Positions 1 to 14,200 of a stretch of 64,000 nt of DNA are shown here, piece after piece (the first letter of the stretch is position 1; every line of letters starts with the position of its first letter). This DNA comes from Orbicella franksi (taxonomy: Eukaryota), in assembly GCA_964199315.1 (NCBI GenBank), contig OZ116712.1, positions 20,832,001-20,896,000 of the forward strand. The letters run 5' to 3'. The notes below the pieces were generated by a model that was not told the DNA's origin, made no database searches, and saw only the letters and a list, made by a program, of their open reading frames with translations. The position numbers and the translations under genes are program-made.

Positions 1-3000
1 GTAAATTGTCTTTCACTGCACTGACAACATATCTACTTGTTGTTCGGCTGCACAGTATCACCTGGATCAAACATAAGAGCCCTTTGGACAAATTTTAGCC
101 TGACACGGAACTTACTGGCCTGTATTATTTTTTCCTTTAGAACAGGTATGTGAGGGTTTTTGAACTGTTTCGTATCTCGAAATAAGATTCAGGCCCAAAA
201 AGTGTATTGTAGAGAATTTCGCTACGATACTGTCGCAGTCCTTCGGTAGACTGAAGGGCCTCTGAAGGTATGCCAAAATGACCTATGACAATTCCCTTGG
301 AAAATGTGCACCAAATATAACTTTGTGACGGTTTTGGTTATTACTTCCTTCTTGAATTATTGTGAGCCGATGTGTATAAGGCCAATTTGTGATCGAGTAC
401 AGCTTTTTACTGAATGTATAGGAAATCGGGTAATCAAACTACAGTGGAACTTCGTCATGCGGATACACAACTTGGAGTACAGTTCTGTCGTGACAAAAAA
501 GCTGAATCTTACAGCTTAAAATGTAGATCCTCTAAGTGCTATTTCAAAGACATTTTGGGAAATCTAAGCTCGTTTTCGGCTGCCTGTTGATCTTTGAGAC
601 ATTAGTGATATCATGCGTTGAGTTTTAAGAACTGAACTGGTCATTAATCGAGTGCGATAAAGCCTTTGGCTTTCAACATAATAGAAAGGAAGGTAATTGA
701 ATGCTGTTTCAGGAGCTTCTTCGTTTTTCAGTGGCGAATGAGAATCTTGTCTGTAAAATAAATTCTTCTTGGCAACGATTAGGAGGTAAATAAAGCCGAG
801 AATTAAATACCCTGATTTTAGCCGATACTTGGCTTCGGCGTAAAGTCATTGGCATGATATTTCCACATGCAGTCACCTCGTCAAACTGCGAAACAATGAA
901 TTGAAGAAAACTGACTGTAAACGTTCCAATTCCATAAAAGCGTGTTCTTGCAAATATAAGTTCAAAGATGAGCATATTTTCCCTTGGTTTAATTTTTAGA
1001 TATTGTGAGTTTGTATGTCCTCTGTTTTCCTATTAAAGGAAACGAGAAGAAAAAGAATTCCAGCAGGAGCTGTATTTGCGTGAATTTTCACAATCCCACC
1101 CATTCGAATGTAATTTTGGCAAACCAGCTCAAGGTTGGCTGATTTTTGATCAAATTATACTGTGAAATAGATGGATCTCCGATGATTTACTAGACTAATG
1201 AGACTGCTCTAATGCTCGTGAACATGAAGCTACCGAGCAAATCATAGGTAAGAAAAACTCTCTCACGCATCGAGGTCATTAGTTTAAGAAGCTTGGTGTC
1301 TTATCAACTTTTTCGTAAATGTGGATGTTTGGAGATTGAGATATCAAGACTTCGTGACTTCGTATTCGATATAAAGCAATAACCACATTTACGTTAATGT
1401 AGCTTCAGGAAACCACATAAAAAGGATTAAATCAGTTGAAGTAGCTTGTAAGACTTCCTTGACGAAGAAGTTAAACGGCTGCAGAAGAGAGAATGTGGTT
1501 TCGGTGACGCCCAGCTCTTAGGACATAGAGACTCACTGAGCTGACCAATTGTCTTTTAGAACAATTTAAATTGCTTTAAAAATACCATAGTTGGTTAACA
1601 TGATTTATCCGAATCCACAAATTAGAAATAAAACGACACAGTCATTTGGCAATGCTATGGAGACCCCAAGGACTGCTTAGCTTGAAACATGCCTTTGATG
1701 AATTTCTTGACTGAAATCTATTTAGGGAGCTGTAAATGTTTCATTCGACAGGTGATAAATGGAAAAAAAAAAAAACATTTAACCAAAGCTGTGTGCGGCT
1801 TTTTTTTTTTTTCCCAAACTTAATTAAACGTTAACTTGTATTTCAAGGTTGTAATTCAGCTTGTCAAATAAAATTGCTTTCATCTCTGCTAGCACGCTAT
1901 GCATGCGTCTGAAGTTTAAACACATTGCAGGGTCGAGTTATTTATGGTTTTGTGGAAAGTTAAAATAAGTCCTCCCCACATTTCCCTTTATAACTAAAAT
2001 CGATAGCCTATAAACCGCAGACATAAAGGGAGCTAATTTTGTCTTTTCAACCAGATACGACGGTTCTGGTGACCTTTACAGGCATGCTTTGTTAAGCACA
2101 CCACGCAAGTGAACAAACATGCCTTATCTTTATAAGATCTGCTTTTGAAACAAAGCATTCACATACTTTTAAAGGTAAAAGACATCATGAGAAAATTGAG
2201 TAAGTAGAGTAGCTGCTTTCTTCTCATGTTTTCCCCTTGGGATAGTTTTTCTCGTATTTGAACAGAAATTGAGTATTCATGTATTATGCACCGTCGGAAT
2301 TGGTCAAAATATCCTGCAGTTTTCAACGAAACGTAATGAATCAGTAAAGAAGCATCTTTTAAGCGTTTTGAGGCATGGCTACCCAATTCAAGCTTTATAA
2401 ATATCGTTTTTTCTTTTTGAAGACGATCGCTTTTTGGACTAAACAAAAGCAACGAATCCGCGATTTCAGCATTAGTTAATTACCTAATGTACCTCATTTG
2501 CTGTAACTCGTCTATCTATCTTTGCCAATTCCCTACAGTTCCACTGAACCAGACTGATTGTAATTCGAAAATGGCCTGAATGTGAGCCGTGTGAACCTCT
2601 AGCAAAGTAGGAATGAATTACATATCAGCTTTTATTCCGAAAAGGTTCCATTTGGGGTTCAAATATGAATACAATAGGGCATATGTATTTTTGATCAAAA
2701 TAGTGATAGGCCATTGAATTGATGTGAAAGCTCAATGTTCCACTGAAGCCAAATGGGTGCAAACAGTTAACATGACTAATTTATCACGGAAAGCAATTTT
2801 ATAGTCAGAATATATACCATACTTAACTTAGACTTGCGAGGAAAAACAACTTTGTTTTCGAATTCATAGTCATGTCGCAGTATAGCTGGCACCTTTTTGA
2901 TATTTAGCTTGAATCATATGATGTCGTAAACATGGGTTAGGTGCGCTGATATTGGCTCACAATACTATACTGTGTTGTTTGGATGTTCAAAGTGTTTTAG

Positions 3001-5039
3001 TTGCCGCCCTTATTCCATTCCATCATGAAATGGACGAGAAACAAGCTTTTTACTGAATCTTTACTGCCCATGAATTGCTGATTAGGCAACTTCATCATTG
3101 GGTCTTTTCAAATGGGAGTCAACAGCATTTGTGAATTGTATCGTGCAGGAAAGCAAGTCTTGTCTTTTATTATTTCTTTTCTCTGGATGGGTTTCGTTAA
3201 AGGTGCAATATTACTAGTGAAAAATTAAACAAGAAAATACCAGTAAGGTAATTGCGTATCAGGAAGCAGTTTGCGTGCTTTTGAAGTAAGGACACGACTT
3301 TAAAAGGGTTAAGAGACGTGAAATATCGTGTTGCGTTAGAATGCTTTGGAACGTTTACAACCAGGGCCCATCTACAGCGTACCTTGAAAGTGAGACATTC
3401 TTATCTGAGCAAATCTGTTTCAGATTTCTCGTTTAAACAGTTTTACAGCTAAGTCGATCAGCACAGGTAAGTAACGAAACATTTCAATCAAGAATTCCTT
3501 GCAATAGCTTCTGTTCTGTGCACCCGATTGTTAAATCACAGTGAAAAGATCAGGCTATCAATGTTCCCTGGCGAATTTTCGCTCAGAGCCGGGTAGATTC
3601 GTCTTATTCCCTCAGAAACCATTTAGACAGTACCGGAATTAGATAACAAAGTCGTGATATCATTGAAGAGGTAAACTAAAGGGATGGAGAAAACTTTACA
3701 ATTGATCAGAACAATGGAAACCTTTCGGAAAACTTACAAAATCGAAAATCCCTACATAGCGGAAATTGACGTATTGAGATAACGTTTTATTTTAATGGAG
3801 TTCATTAACATTATCCTCTGGATAGAAGATTTTGGTATGAATACACATGTAGACATTCAGAAGAAATATAATAGTAATCAGAGTAGCGTACTAATCCTTC
3901 AAAGTAAATGCAAAAACAACCACGTATGAAAAACCGCGAATCAAGATTAACTTGGGAAAATACATCACTGACGGTCAATGTAACAATCCTTACTCTTTTC
4001 TAGCTCTAAAAAAAATCTTACAAAAACATCGCAAATATGATAGAACTCCATCGTCTTGTAGCAATGTCTGGCTTGAATAAGTCACCTACGCACGGTTCTT
4101 AAATTCACTGATTTAAGTCTACGACGCTTCGGCCCTGAGGTGGACGAATGACACTTGACAATAGGTAATGGTTGGGCCGTAATGGTTGTGTCATTTCTTT
4201 CAAAACACAGAGAATGAAAGCATTCACGTCCGATTTTCTCTGACCGCAAAGAAAGCCCCAACACGTCCATTACGCAATACTTGCTTGGAACGTCACGAAG
4301 GATGTGATAAGCCGCAGAAAAATACTAATTAGATCTGGATCTAAAGCTTGTACGTTTCTTTGAAGAAACACAAAAAGCTATTTTAGAGGAAATGTGGTAC
4401 AAATGTGGAATATTTTAAACCACAAACTAGGCATGACAGCTAGGCTTGATGACAATCATAATTCGCTTATTGCTCTAAATGAAATGAAACCCGCCCCCCC
4501 AATTAGTTGATTGAAAACACGACTCTGGTGATATACATTACACTGGTTGTCTCGGCGCCTCGCAGGCCATTATTTCATGTCTGTCACCGTAGAAGTCCTA
4601 TAATCATTTGGATCAGGCAATTGGAGGTTAACTTTAGGGAACAAAACAACTTTGAAATGAGAAATTGCGTTGACACCTTGGGTTTAAAGCGTATCTTTTA
4701 TCACCATGTGACTTTGGCGCCACTTAAACACCCCAGAATGCAGAGATAGAGAAAACCAGATATTTGCTTTTAGCACATAAATCACTGTCACCTGCCCACA
4801 TGATAAGAAACATGTATGTTAAATCATTGCTCATAAACGTCGACGCCGATTTACAACAGATAGAAATACACCTTTACCACACACATAGCCAAAACAATAA
4901 CTTGCGAATACAACACATCTTTACAAAGAAAAGTATTGTCCCAGCGAACACAAAAAAATCACATTAATCGAATCATCCATACCTGAGTGATCACTTACAA
5001 GAACGGAACCAGAGCTAAATTTATTTTGATGCTATCAGA

Positions 5040-5279
5040 GCCTGGTATCACATGGGCGTGTTGATTATTTGACTCACAGTAATTCAAGGCTATATATACT
5101 TTGAATAGAAACAGGGAAAACATAATTGAATGCATTCCTTTGTACGCTGAAAACTGACAGCTCGTCTCTCTGTTGGTGGTATCAGTGTTATAGACCAGAG
5201 ACTGAATGGGAGTAATTTTATAATCACAAGCGCTGTCTGTTTCTCTCTCTTCTCAGCGGACTCGGTTGACTGCGACAAA
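5040..5279 (+). promoter_or_regulatory. Candidate proximal promoter and 5' UTR of Otx
   Basis: GGGCGTG (KLF/SP-like) at about 5054, TGACTCA (AP-1-like) at about 5070 and TATATATA at about 5091, which is about 190 bp before the ATG. Motif matches only. Confidence 0.4.
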
Positions 5280-8200
5280 ATGGCGGGCTATTTTGGTCAT
5301 GTCGGAGGACATGTGCCTCCTTATTCAGTAGGTGGCCATGGATTGAGTCATCCTGCTCCAAATATCGATTTCTTCAGCCAAATGGCACCTCCACCATGCG
5401 GTAAGTTGTTTTGTAATAGACATTAAAGCCAATTACGAGCTTTATAGTTTGGTAAATGGAGGGCATGATGAGGTTGCCGTTGCTTCAGTTACAGCCGTCT
5501 ACTGTTGTTCCGGGCAACTTTGCTACGCCTAGGACGGTATATTAGTGGACATATTACATTCCATCTTTCTAGGCTCACTGGAACTGCTGAAATAATTGAG
5601 AGTTAGTAAGAAAACTTAGCTTTGCAAATTAAGAATTCCAAGTTCCCGAAGCGTGAAGGTCATGGGATCGAAAACGTCCTTGCAGATGAGGCGCAAATTT
5701 CATGAAAAGATGCGCCCTGAGATCTTTATGATTTCTTATTCACGTAAACTTATTTACCGACCATGCCAAAATTGTAGAAGTCCGACGGGCTGGGTTGCAG
5801 TTTTCGAGGTAATCCGCAACCTTGGGAATAGCGCAGCGACATTCGTTGGGGCACGTTGTAGCATGCTTATTTTGAAGGCTTTTTAACCTTTTGGTAACCT
5901 AAGAAAAGCAATTCAATTTGCTAATAGAAACAACGATTTACATGTACGGATTTTCACATAAAAGCATTGTTTAAACAGTTCTTGTTTGCTATATAATTAC
6001 ACATCGTTAGAGGCTTAATAAATCATCATTCCGTTTGCGGTAATGTGAATAAAATTGCAATGGACGACACTAGATGACAGAATTGAACCAGAAGGAGTTA
6101 CGCGGTAATAGTTTTAGTTTTGTCTACACACTTGTCTAATTTGTCGAAGAAGGCTCCACTAATTTATGACATTGAGTGCAATTATGTCTGGTCTGTTGAT
6201 AAAACAAACGTCCACATGCGTCAGGATCCACTTTTGATGTTTTGACACCACACTGTCGAAGTTTCTTGCCCTTCGTTCAATCATACTGCCAAGTGTGGTT
6301 TCCTTCAGCATTTTAGGTCATGTGTGGATCGTTAATGAGCCATTTTAATAACGATTCTAACAACTATTCGGTTAAACACGAGAATAAACTTTGTGTTCTA
6401 ATGATTACCTTGTCAAAACACTTCATTCCAGTTATGGCGCGACATCCGTCTTTAATTAGAGTCTTGTGGTTACTTCAGAGATCGTATGCGGGCAAACAAA
6501 ATCTCACATTTTTTTTTCTTTACAAGTCGTTACAGCATATGCAATGCACTTCTGATGCCATTCTATTTCTGTGAAAGCTCTCACATGTCATAAAATCGAA
6601 TGTGTTTACTTTTCAAATGTTCAGACGCCCATGCGGTGGCAATATGGTGGACGTAACTTCTCCCTGCATGGGAGCAAGATGTTGTTGGGTTGGTAGCCTG
6701 GGATGGTGTCCATGCAGTACAAGGTCTCAGAAAACGTTTAACAGCAGCAATAATTTTCATCTCAAATAGTATTGTACATGTAGGTGCAAGAGAGTTACAG
6801 GGAAAACAATTTGGACAAAAACTTGTAGATGCTGCTTGGACAAAAACCTGAAGTATGACGATTCAATCTAATTGCTCGTAGAGAATTCTCGTGGTTCTGT
6901 CTTCTGCATGTTTTTCTTTGCTCTCTGTGTGCAGTGGCTGGTTGGTTTGCCACGAAAAAAGAAATCTAAGTTACGACTATGCGGTGAAGGCTGTCGTCAA
7001 CTATGTTCTCGTGTTTGTTCTGTTTTTGTTTGTTGTTTGTTAAATGTGCTTGTAACTTTTGAATCTGTTAGGTTACCTTCTGCAGTGTAAAAATTATGAA
7101 ATGAAAGCTGCTGATGATTTGGACAAATTCAATCGAAATTGTGAAAGTCGGTCAGTGGATAGAAATCTAGAACAGAAACCTAACTTAACGGTGTATGAAA
7201 ATGAAGAAATTCCTTAATCCATTAAACTCTTTAATGGCAATAACATCAACTAAGAGATCGATCGTTCTAATCCAGTGGAAATATTTCTCAGTTACATGTG
7301 GACGTATGTGATATTGTCTAAAATCTGTACAATGCCTAAATTTGGGCCCCTCGTGAATTCGTCTAACAATTTATGTTTAAGTGTAAGTATTTTGGGTCCA
7401 GCTGTCGCTCTTAGCAGCAAGGAGATGTGTAGTCTGTAGCGTATGTTATATAAAAGAATTAAAGACATTTGTTGCTTGTTCAGTAGCATTGTCCAACTAT
7501 GTCCGTAATGTTGGCTTGGAATAATAACGAATACAGACAGTATTTGGCCTCCGAAGCCGCTTATAAACTACATTTCCAAAATCTCTCCTCAAAATTTAAA
7601 AGTTGCAAAGAACAGTCTCTGTTCGTTTGGGTGAAGGCAATGTGAGCAACTCAGTGCTAAACAAAATTCGGTATGGAATTATCTAATCCATACATTTTTC
7701 AGTGTTGTGAAAGTTTCAACTGCTAGGAAACGGGCGTTAGGGTCCGGAAGCTCGGCGATATAGTCCTGCTTGGCTAAGTATCAGACGTTGTGGGTAATAA
7801 CCACATATCTGGCGTTGGAGTTTACGGAAGGAATGAATGGCAACAGGGGCGAGGTCAACGTATTTGGCTGCTGCTAACATTGTTTACGGGTCTCAAATGC
7901 ATACTTTGGGTTTGTTTTATTACAGGAGAACATTTTTTCGTTTTAATCTCTTTAAGGCAACGAGAGACACTTCCTCTACTCCTCCACGTCGATGATATTT
8001 CGTTTCGTTTGGTGTTCTTGTCTACCTGGCGACATTTACACAGGAATTAGGCATATGTTGTTATGATATTTCCTTATTTCCTTGAAGAGCTTATGAACTA
8101 ACAGTTACACGAATTTAACGAGCATGCACGCAAAGATTAAAGAAATAGTTATGCATTACTGAATAAAGCTGACGGAAGTTAGAGCTACATTTGAAGGGCT

Positions 8201-11200
8201 GAAATTTTAAAACAAGTCTTACACTTTCACCTCGGAATTACAAAGTAAATTCAGAAATAAAGGGGACTTACAAATCTCAATTGCAAGTTATTGTGACATA
8301 CTGTAAGATGTTTCAGATACGTTATTTTACTTCAAAGTGATACTCGACTGGATTGTTTTCAGCTAAACTAACCATTTCAAGAGTTAACTTAGATAAAGAC
8401 AGTTTCTATTTCTCGCTTTACAGACTGAAAAAGATTTCGTTTCTGGTAATTCAGTAAGGCACACTGTAAATATACCCAAGTTATCGTGACTCAATTGACT
8501 TCAGACAAGTTCATTACGTGTTATGATTTGTTAGTGGAGTTTATCAAACCCCCCTTCACCATTGACTAAGATCATATCATTTCCTCTTTTCTGTGGTTAT
8601 CAAAACATTCTTTGTTTTTTAACTTAGCATGAAGTCTTTTCAGCCTACCCTAGTTTTCGTAAACATTATTATTGCTCCATGAACGCTTCTTGAATAAAAT
8701 GCAAAACCTGCGGGCGAAGAGTTAACAAACGGTGTGTTTTGACGCAATTTTCTCAGACACTCACAGAAGATGGAATATTGTCAAACAGTCCGTCGACGTT
8801 TTTGTGTGTGATTTTCCACTTGATACGAAGAACCAGATCGACAAAATTATAGATCACTGCATGTAGAATAAATTACGCCTAGAGGTACAGAATTGGTGAC
8901 TTTTATAATCAATTAGCCTGTGTTCCTTGGCCAGGGTGAAAGATGTTTGTACATAATGCCTGGCTACAACCTCGTGCAGATACTTCGTTCTACTTAACCA
9001 GTGGCTCAAGCATGCGCAGTAGAAACCAAGCCTACCAGTGAAAGTCAACAAGTATGTATTACTACGCATGTTTGAAATAGGGCGTATAATCGCGTGATGC
9101 GTGAAGTGTAACACGGGGAGTGTAACACAAAATCTCAGTAGGTAACAAGTTCTCAAACACAATACAGTCTGTTTGTATTGAATTATTCATGACGTTATTT
9201 CAGACGTGAAAAATAATATAAAGTTGAAGCAGGGAATAAGGATTACACTGAAGTGTATAACCCTGAAAATGTCCAGCCAAGGAACCAATCCCAAGGAAAT
9301 ATGAAATTGAAAAGCCATTCTATCGTTTTATAATTTTATTTCTCCAACTGAACCAGGAATTCAGTGCAGTCTTCTCCAATTCTTTTGATAAATTCTCTGT
9401 TTTGGTATAATTGGTAGGCGAGGCAAAGTTCGAGGCAAATCCCAGCTGGTCGTCAATGTTACCATGAGTTTAACGTTTCTTGTGGTTTTGGGTTAAGCCA
9501 TATGGTTAAGCGTCTAAGAATCTTTACCGCTCTACATGGATACTAATCTATCGCAAGTTCATATACCAAGGAAATATGTCTTCTCTCGAAGATGTATCAT
9601 GGCCGTACAGTCATTTCCAGTCCAAACTCATTGTAAACAGATGATTAAAACATAGCTGGACGGTTTCATTATTTTTTTTCTCATCTACCTAAAACAGCTC
9701 GGCAACAACACGCTGTGTAAAAGGGGTCTTTATGTATGATGACACAGAATGTGTACGTATAACTAATTTCAAACTTATATGACAAATGACTTTATCTCAC
9801 TTAGGTCCTCAAAGACACTGCCCTAGCGGTTAGTCTCCATTTAAAGGCAAATTGTTTCTCGTTTTACAAAGCATAACCAGTTGTTTAGCTGCTTAGATAT
9901 ATTTGGTCTTAACTCGTTTTGCGTATAGCAGTTGTTTATAGTGTTAACTGTCTTGGAAAATTACACAACGATACCTAAGAGCTTCTTTCAATCCAGTTTT
10001 CTGTTTTCTGACTTTTGATGTATTTTAGAGCTGTAAATTAAAGTAAGCATGTCCAGTTAAAACAAACAGCTTAAAATGTACTCTTGTCGTAAAATATTAT
10101 TAGTTTTTGTAGAGCTGTACAAGACAGAAAAAGTTGATTACCTATCACATTGGGTAGAACAATTATGCTTTCACGATCACTTTTTATCTTCTCATGACAT
10201 GACTGCTTGACTTTGTATTGATAAGACGCTGATCAGGTGTTAATTCTCAAAGGCTTAGTCTATCCTACTCTTATGCACTCCAAAGATCACTTCATAAATT
10301 CTCCTAAGTACTTGCTTACATTTGGTTTTAAATATACTAGTTCTAAGAATTTAATAGCATATCACTGAAGACTATTCTCTAGTTTATGGTTTTCTGAATA
10401 CTTATGAGGGAGTTGAATTAAAGATGTGTTTTCTGTTTTCTCCCAACACAGCTCATCCACGAAAACAGCGCCGAGAACGAACGACTTTCACTAAAGCTCA
10501 GCTTGAAATTCTTGAAGAGCTTTTCACCAAAACAAAATATCCTGACATCTTCATGAGAGAGGAGGTCGCCATGAAAATCAGTCTCCCAGAAAGCAGAGTG
10601 CAGGTAAATATTTCGTTCTGCTGTTAATGATACTTTCAAATTGTCATGATAAACGAAAACCTGTAGAGGGATGTAGCAATTAGAGAGAAAATCAATTTGA
10701 GCTCCATTTTAACTCTTCCAGCTGCGCGAGATTTGCATATTGTTCTCAGCACGCGTTGCCGACCTATGATAAACAACGTGCGGAATAGTGTCAACAAACG
10801 CGCGCGGTTGTCGCGACTCGCGCGCAAAGACAAGCACGACATGGCATAAGGCTTTGACTCTCAAGCATAGGCTGCTAGACTTAAAAATGTGACATGATGT
10901 CAAGAGGTTGTTCCAGGTGACGCCTCGATAAATCGAAGGTAATTGTTGGACCCGATTTATTATCACCCTTAGACAAGATCGTTAAACTATAGATGTTGTT
11001 GCAAGTTATTTCCCGTTGTTTTTTCATTGAAATATCGGAGAAAAGTAAAGTGCAAGAAATCAAGTGCAAGACATCATTTCATGTTGCTGTACACAAAATT
11101 ATCTTCAGACAAGCGATAACCTCTAAACAATAGATGATGAGGTTGAAAAATGCCACTACTCGAAATAGACAGGTGTGGTAAAGATGAGAGAAACAATTCG

Positions 11201-14200
11201 CAATTTTACTTTTATTCCTCTAGAGTAATAACCAAACACTAGCTACATTTGTGGAAAGAAAAAAGACTCAATAAATGGGGTTTCCTGCTTTGGAACCATT
11301 GTCTTAGCATAATGTTTTGCTTTTCCGTTAACCGTGAGCGTGTGAGAGCTTAAACTTCTCAACGAGAGAGAGTATTGGAAATCGCGACCTGTTTTAGTTG
11401 ATAACACTTCCCCTAGTTTATTCACTTTAATTTCTGTTAAACGACGTTTTATGTTTTGGATACTAAGATGATAATTCACAAGGAGATTTCTTCGGTACCT
11501 CTCGGTCATGATTTATGTTTTATCATGGTTGGAAATAAACACAAATTCCATTCGTGAAGTCATGGGAGGACGGCAGTTCGATAGCAAAGATTGTCCAACA
11601 CTTCAAATGGAAGTCCAAAATCTGAATTTGTTTACCTTTCACTCAGACAACGTAAATAGTTAGCTGAAGAAGACCATCCACAGTCGAGGGATATCCATGT
11701 CGTAATTGTATCATGATTTTGTGGAAGCCGTTGACTGATAAACCCCTAAATCATTTCATCTACAATTTATCATTTACACTTCGCTATAAGATAATGACTA
11801 TATACCCTAGTAAAACAAGTACAGTGATGTGAATCGTTCAAAGTTTGAAATGTAGATTGCCAATGTACTGTTGTGTTATCTTTGTTCCCCGATAAGCTGC
11901 ATTTTCTTTTTACTCTTACGATCATTCTTTTAATTCAATCCATGTTTTTTTTTATATATTGCGTGCTTTGAAATCGAAACATGGTAGTTAAAAGGTTACA
12001 TTTGGAATATTGGATGTACCACATTTCTGTTCCTCTTACATAACATTCAATTGTTCTATCTTTAGGTTTTCATGTTAGCTATTTCGCCAAGTTTCGTTGA
12101 CAGATTGTGAATCTAGAAAAATCTCTTACTGTCAAAGAAGTACTAATTTGGATCGTCTTTTAAGCCGAGAGAATGTTTTTCTCTACCCTACGTTTTCTTA
12201 AGTAAACTCTTCCTCTTCGAATACAAGCGTTTCGTTTCTGATATTAGTTGAAATGCAGAACTGTAGTCAAATATAAGTTTTCAGTTTCTGGCATATTATC
12301 TTTGCAGATCATCCGGACTACAAGATCATCTTTTACTTCATTTTCTCTGTTTTTAGCTACGTATTTTTCTGATATTACCTTCAATTATTTTTAACTGATT
12401 TGCCTAGAGATCAATATGTTTCTCTCTCATTTTGAGTACCATTTAGTTCATCTGTGAATTCATTTCGATTCTTCTCTAAAAATTAAGTTTTCTTTCAATG
12501 GGCAGAGGAGAGTCGGAAAAATGTTGCTATTCAAGTGTCGGTTCTTCTGTCGTTTACGGCTATCATTGTCCACCTCTGCCTTTTGATTTAAGTATGCGAA
12601 GTAACGTAAACAGTACGTTTTAGTAGGTTATTTTCGGGCGACCAGAGTCACTTCTGTTCTACAATAATGCAATTCATTCTAAGTAAGGGAGTAAATGAAA
12701 CATCACAAATTTGAACTGCGGATGAAAGATTTGAAGACATCAGAGATAATCGCAGTTATGTATGTACGTGACTTGGGAAGTTGCAAAGATCAACATTACG
12801 TCTGAAAAAATTCAAGCTATATTTTCACAACTACTTAAGTTGCGCACACAACTGTCCTGATCCTCAAGTTTTTAAACAATTCATTTTGCTTATTAATCAT
12901 TCAAAGATCAGCGTTACAAGGTCTTTACTGACAAATAGCGAAGGCTAATGGAGATGGAATACAGATAGCCTAACGAGACAAGCCCAGCATCATTTTGACA
13001 GTGAAAGAAGCCTCAGATAGTAGTCACACTATCGAAATACTTCGGGTTACAATTACAACAGAGAATGTTCTGAGTGTGGCTTAATTAAACTCTCGACGTT
13101 TAATGTAGACAAGGCGTTTTATATCTTGTACTCTAAAATTATGAAAACCTCATCAATACAATAAAGAAACTATGGCATCCTTTCTCAAGGCACTATGGAA
13201 TGGTCAAAGGAAAAACAAAAGGAAAAAAAACCCGAAACATATCGTCGCGGTTCTTGTACGAAAACATTTTCAAGTTGGAGTTATGTTTACTACAGGAGGC
13301 AGAGGCTTTGTCGAGGCAGGAATTACTGGAAAATGCTGAAAAAATTAAAGTATATATCTCCGAACTAGTTAGAGAAAAGTGGAAGAAACAAAAAAGATCG
13401 AATTTATGTAAAATCATCATTAGGTTTTTGCGTGTTCTTGAAATGTTTTAGGGTAAGGGTGGAGAAAAATCTCTTTAAATCCTAGTCTGATAAAAGGTTC
13501 TTGAGTACATTTTTACTTTTCCTGTTTGTTTGATTACTTCATTTTAGGCTTCACGACAAAGACACATTACGTAAAACGTTTTCAGATATTTTAGTAAGTA
13601 ATAGATTCCGAACCGATTCAACTAAAACTAAATGTCTGGAGTAGAACGTTGCAGCGTTTCAAGAAGACATTCCAAAACACTTTGGAAAACGAGAGGGTAA
13701 GAAGAGCGATGTTTTAAGATACTATTCTTCTAGTTTACCGAAAGGATTTGCAAAGTCAAAGCGAAAACTCAAGTGTTGCTATTCAGACTCCACTACATCA
13801 TGGGTGTATAGAGGGTACAATGTCCGTTCATGCAGATAACTTATGGTTTTTAAGATCATCTTTAATTTACTTAACAGTTGCCAGTGACATCTACGACTTT
13901 ATCTAAGTTATTCCTTATCACCGAAAGACCGCTGAAGATAACTTTCATCACGTGATTAACTGCCACGCCCTCTGAAAGAGTCGAGATTACATCGAGCGAC
14001 GCCTTGCCGATGCAATATCTATGTTCTCAGTTCCATCACAGAAACATGTCAAATTGTAGCGGCTCGATTCATCCACGGTATTTTTAGCTACCTTACTTAA
14101 AATAGGTCGTTTGTGGTCTTAATTTGTCCAGTGCTTCAAGTGAGAAAGAAACCATCGCCCTGTACTGGTTTTTGTGAAATAAAAGTTATATTTTGTGGAA

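Noticed and set aside
1-5279. A further homeobox gene (Otx paralog, Otp, Rx or Hbn) upstream of Otx or elsewhere in the window
   Set aside because: No other homeodomain helix-3 exon (WFxNRR) was found in the ORF track or by reading. Only Otx and Gsc are supported.
6620-6730. GC-richer patch in Otx intron 1 with short minus-strand ORFs
   Set aside because: About 30 codons, no recognisable homology and no convincing splice sites.
13200-13451. 83-aa ORF with a coiled-coil look in Otx intron 2
   Set aside because: No splice context or domain. Explained by purine-rich composition; at most a TE remnant.
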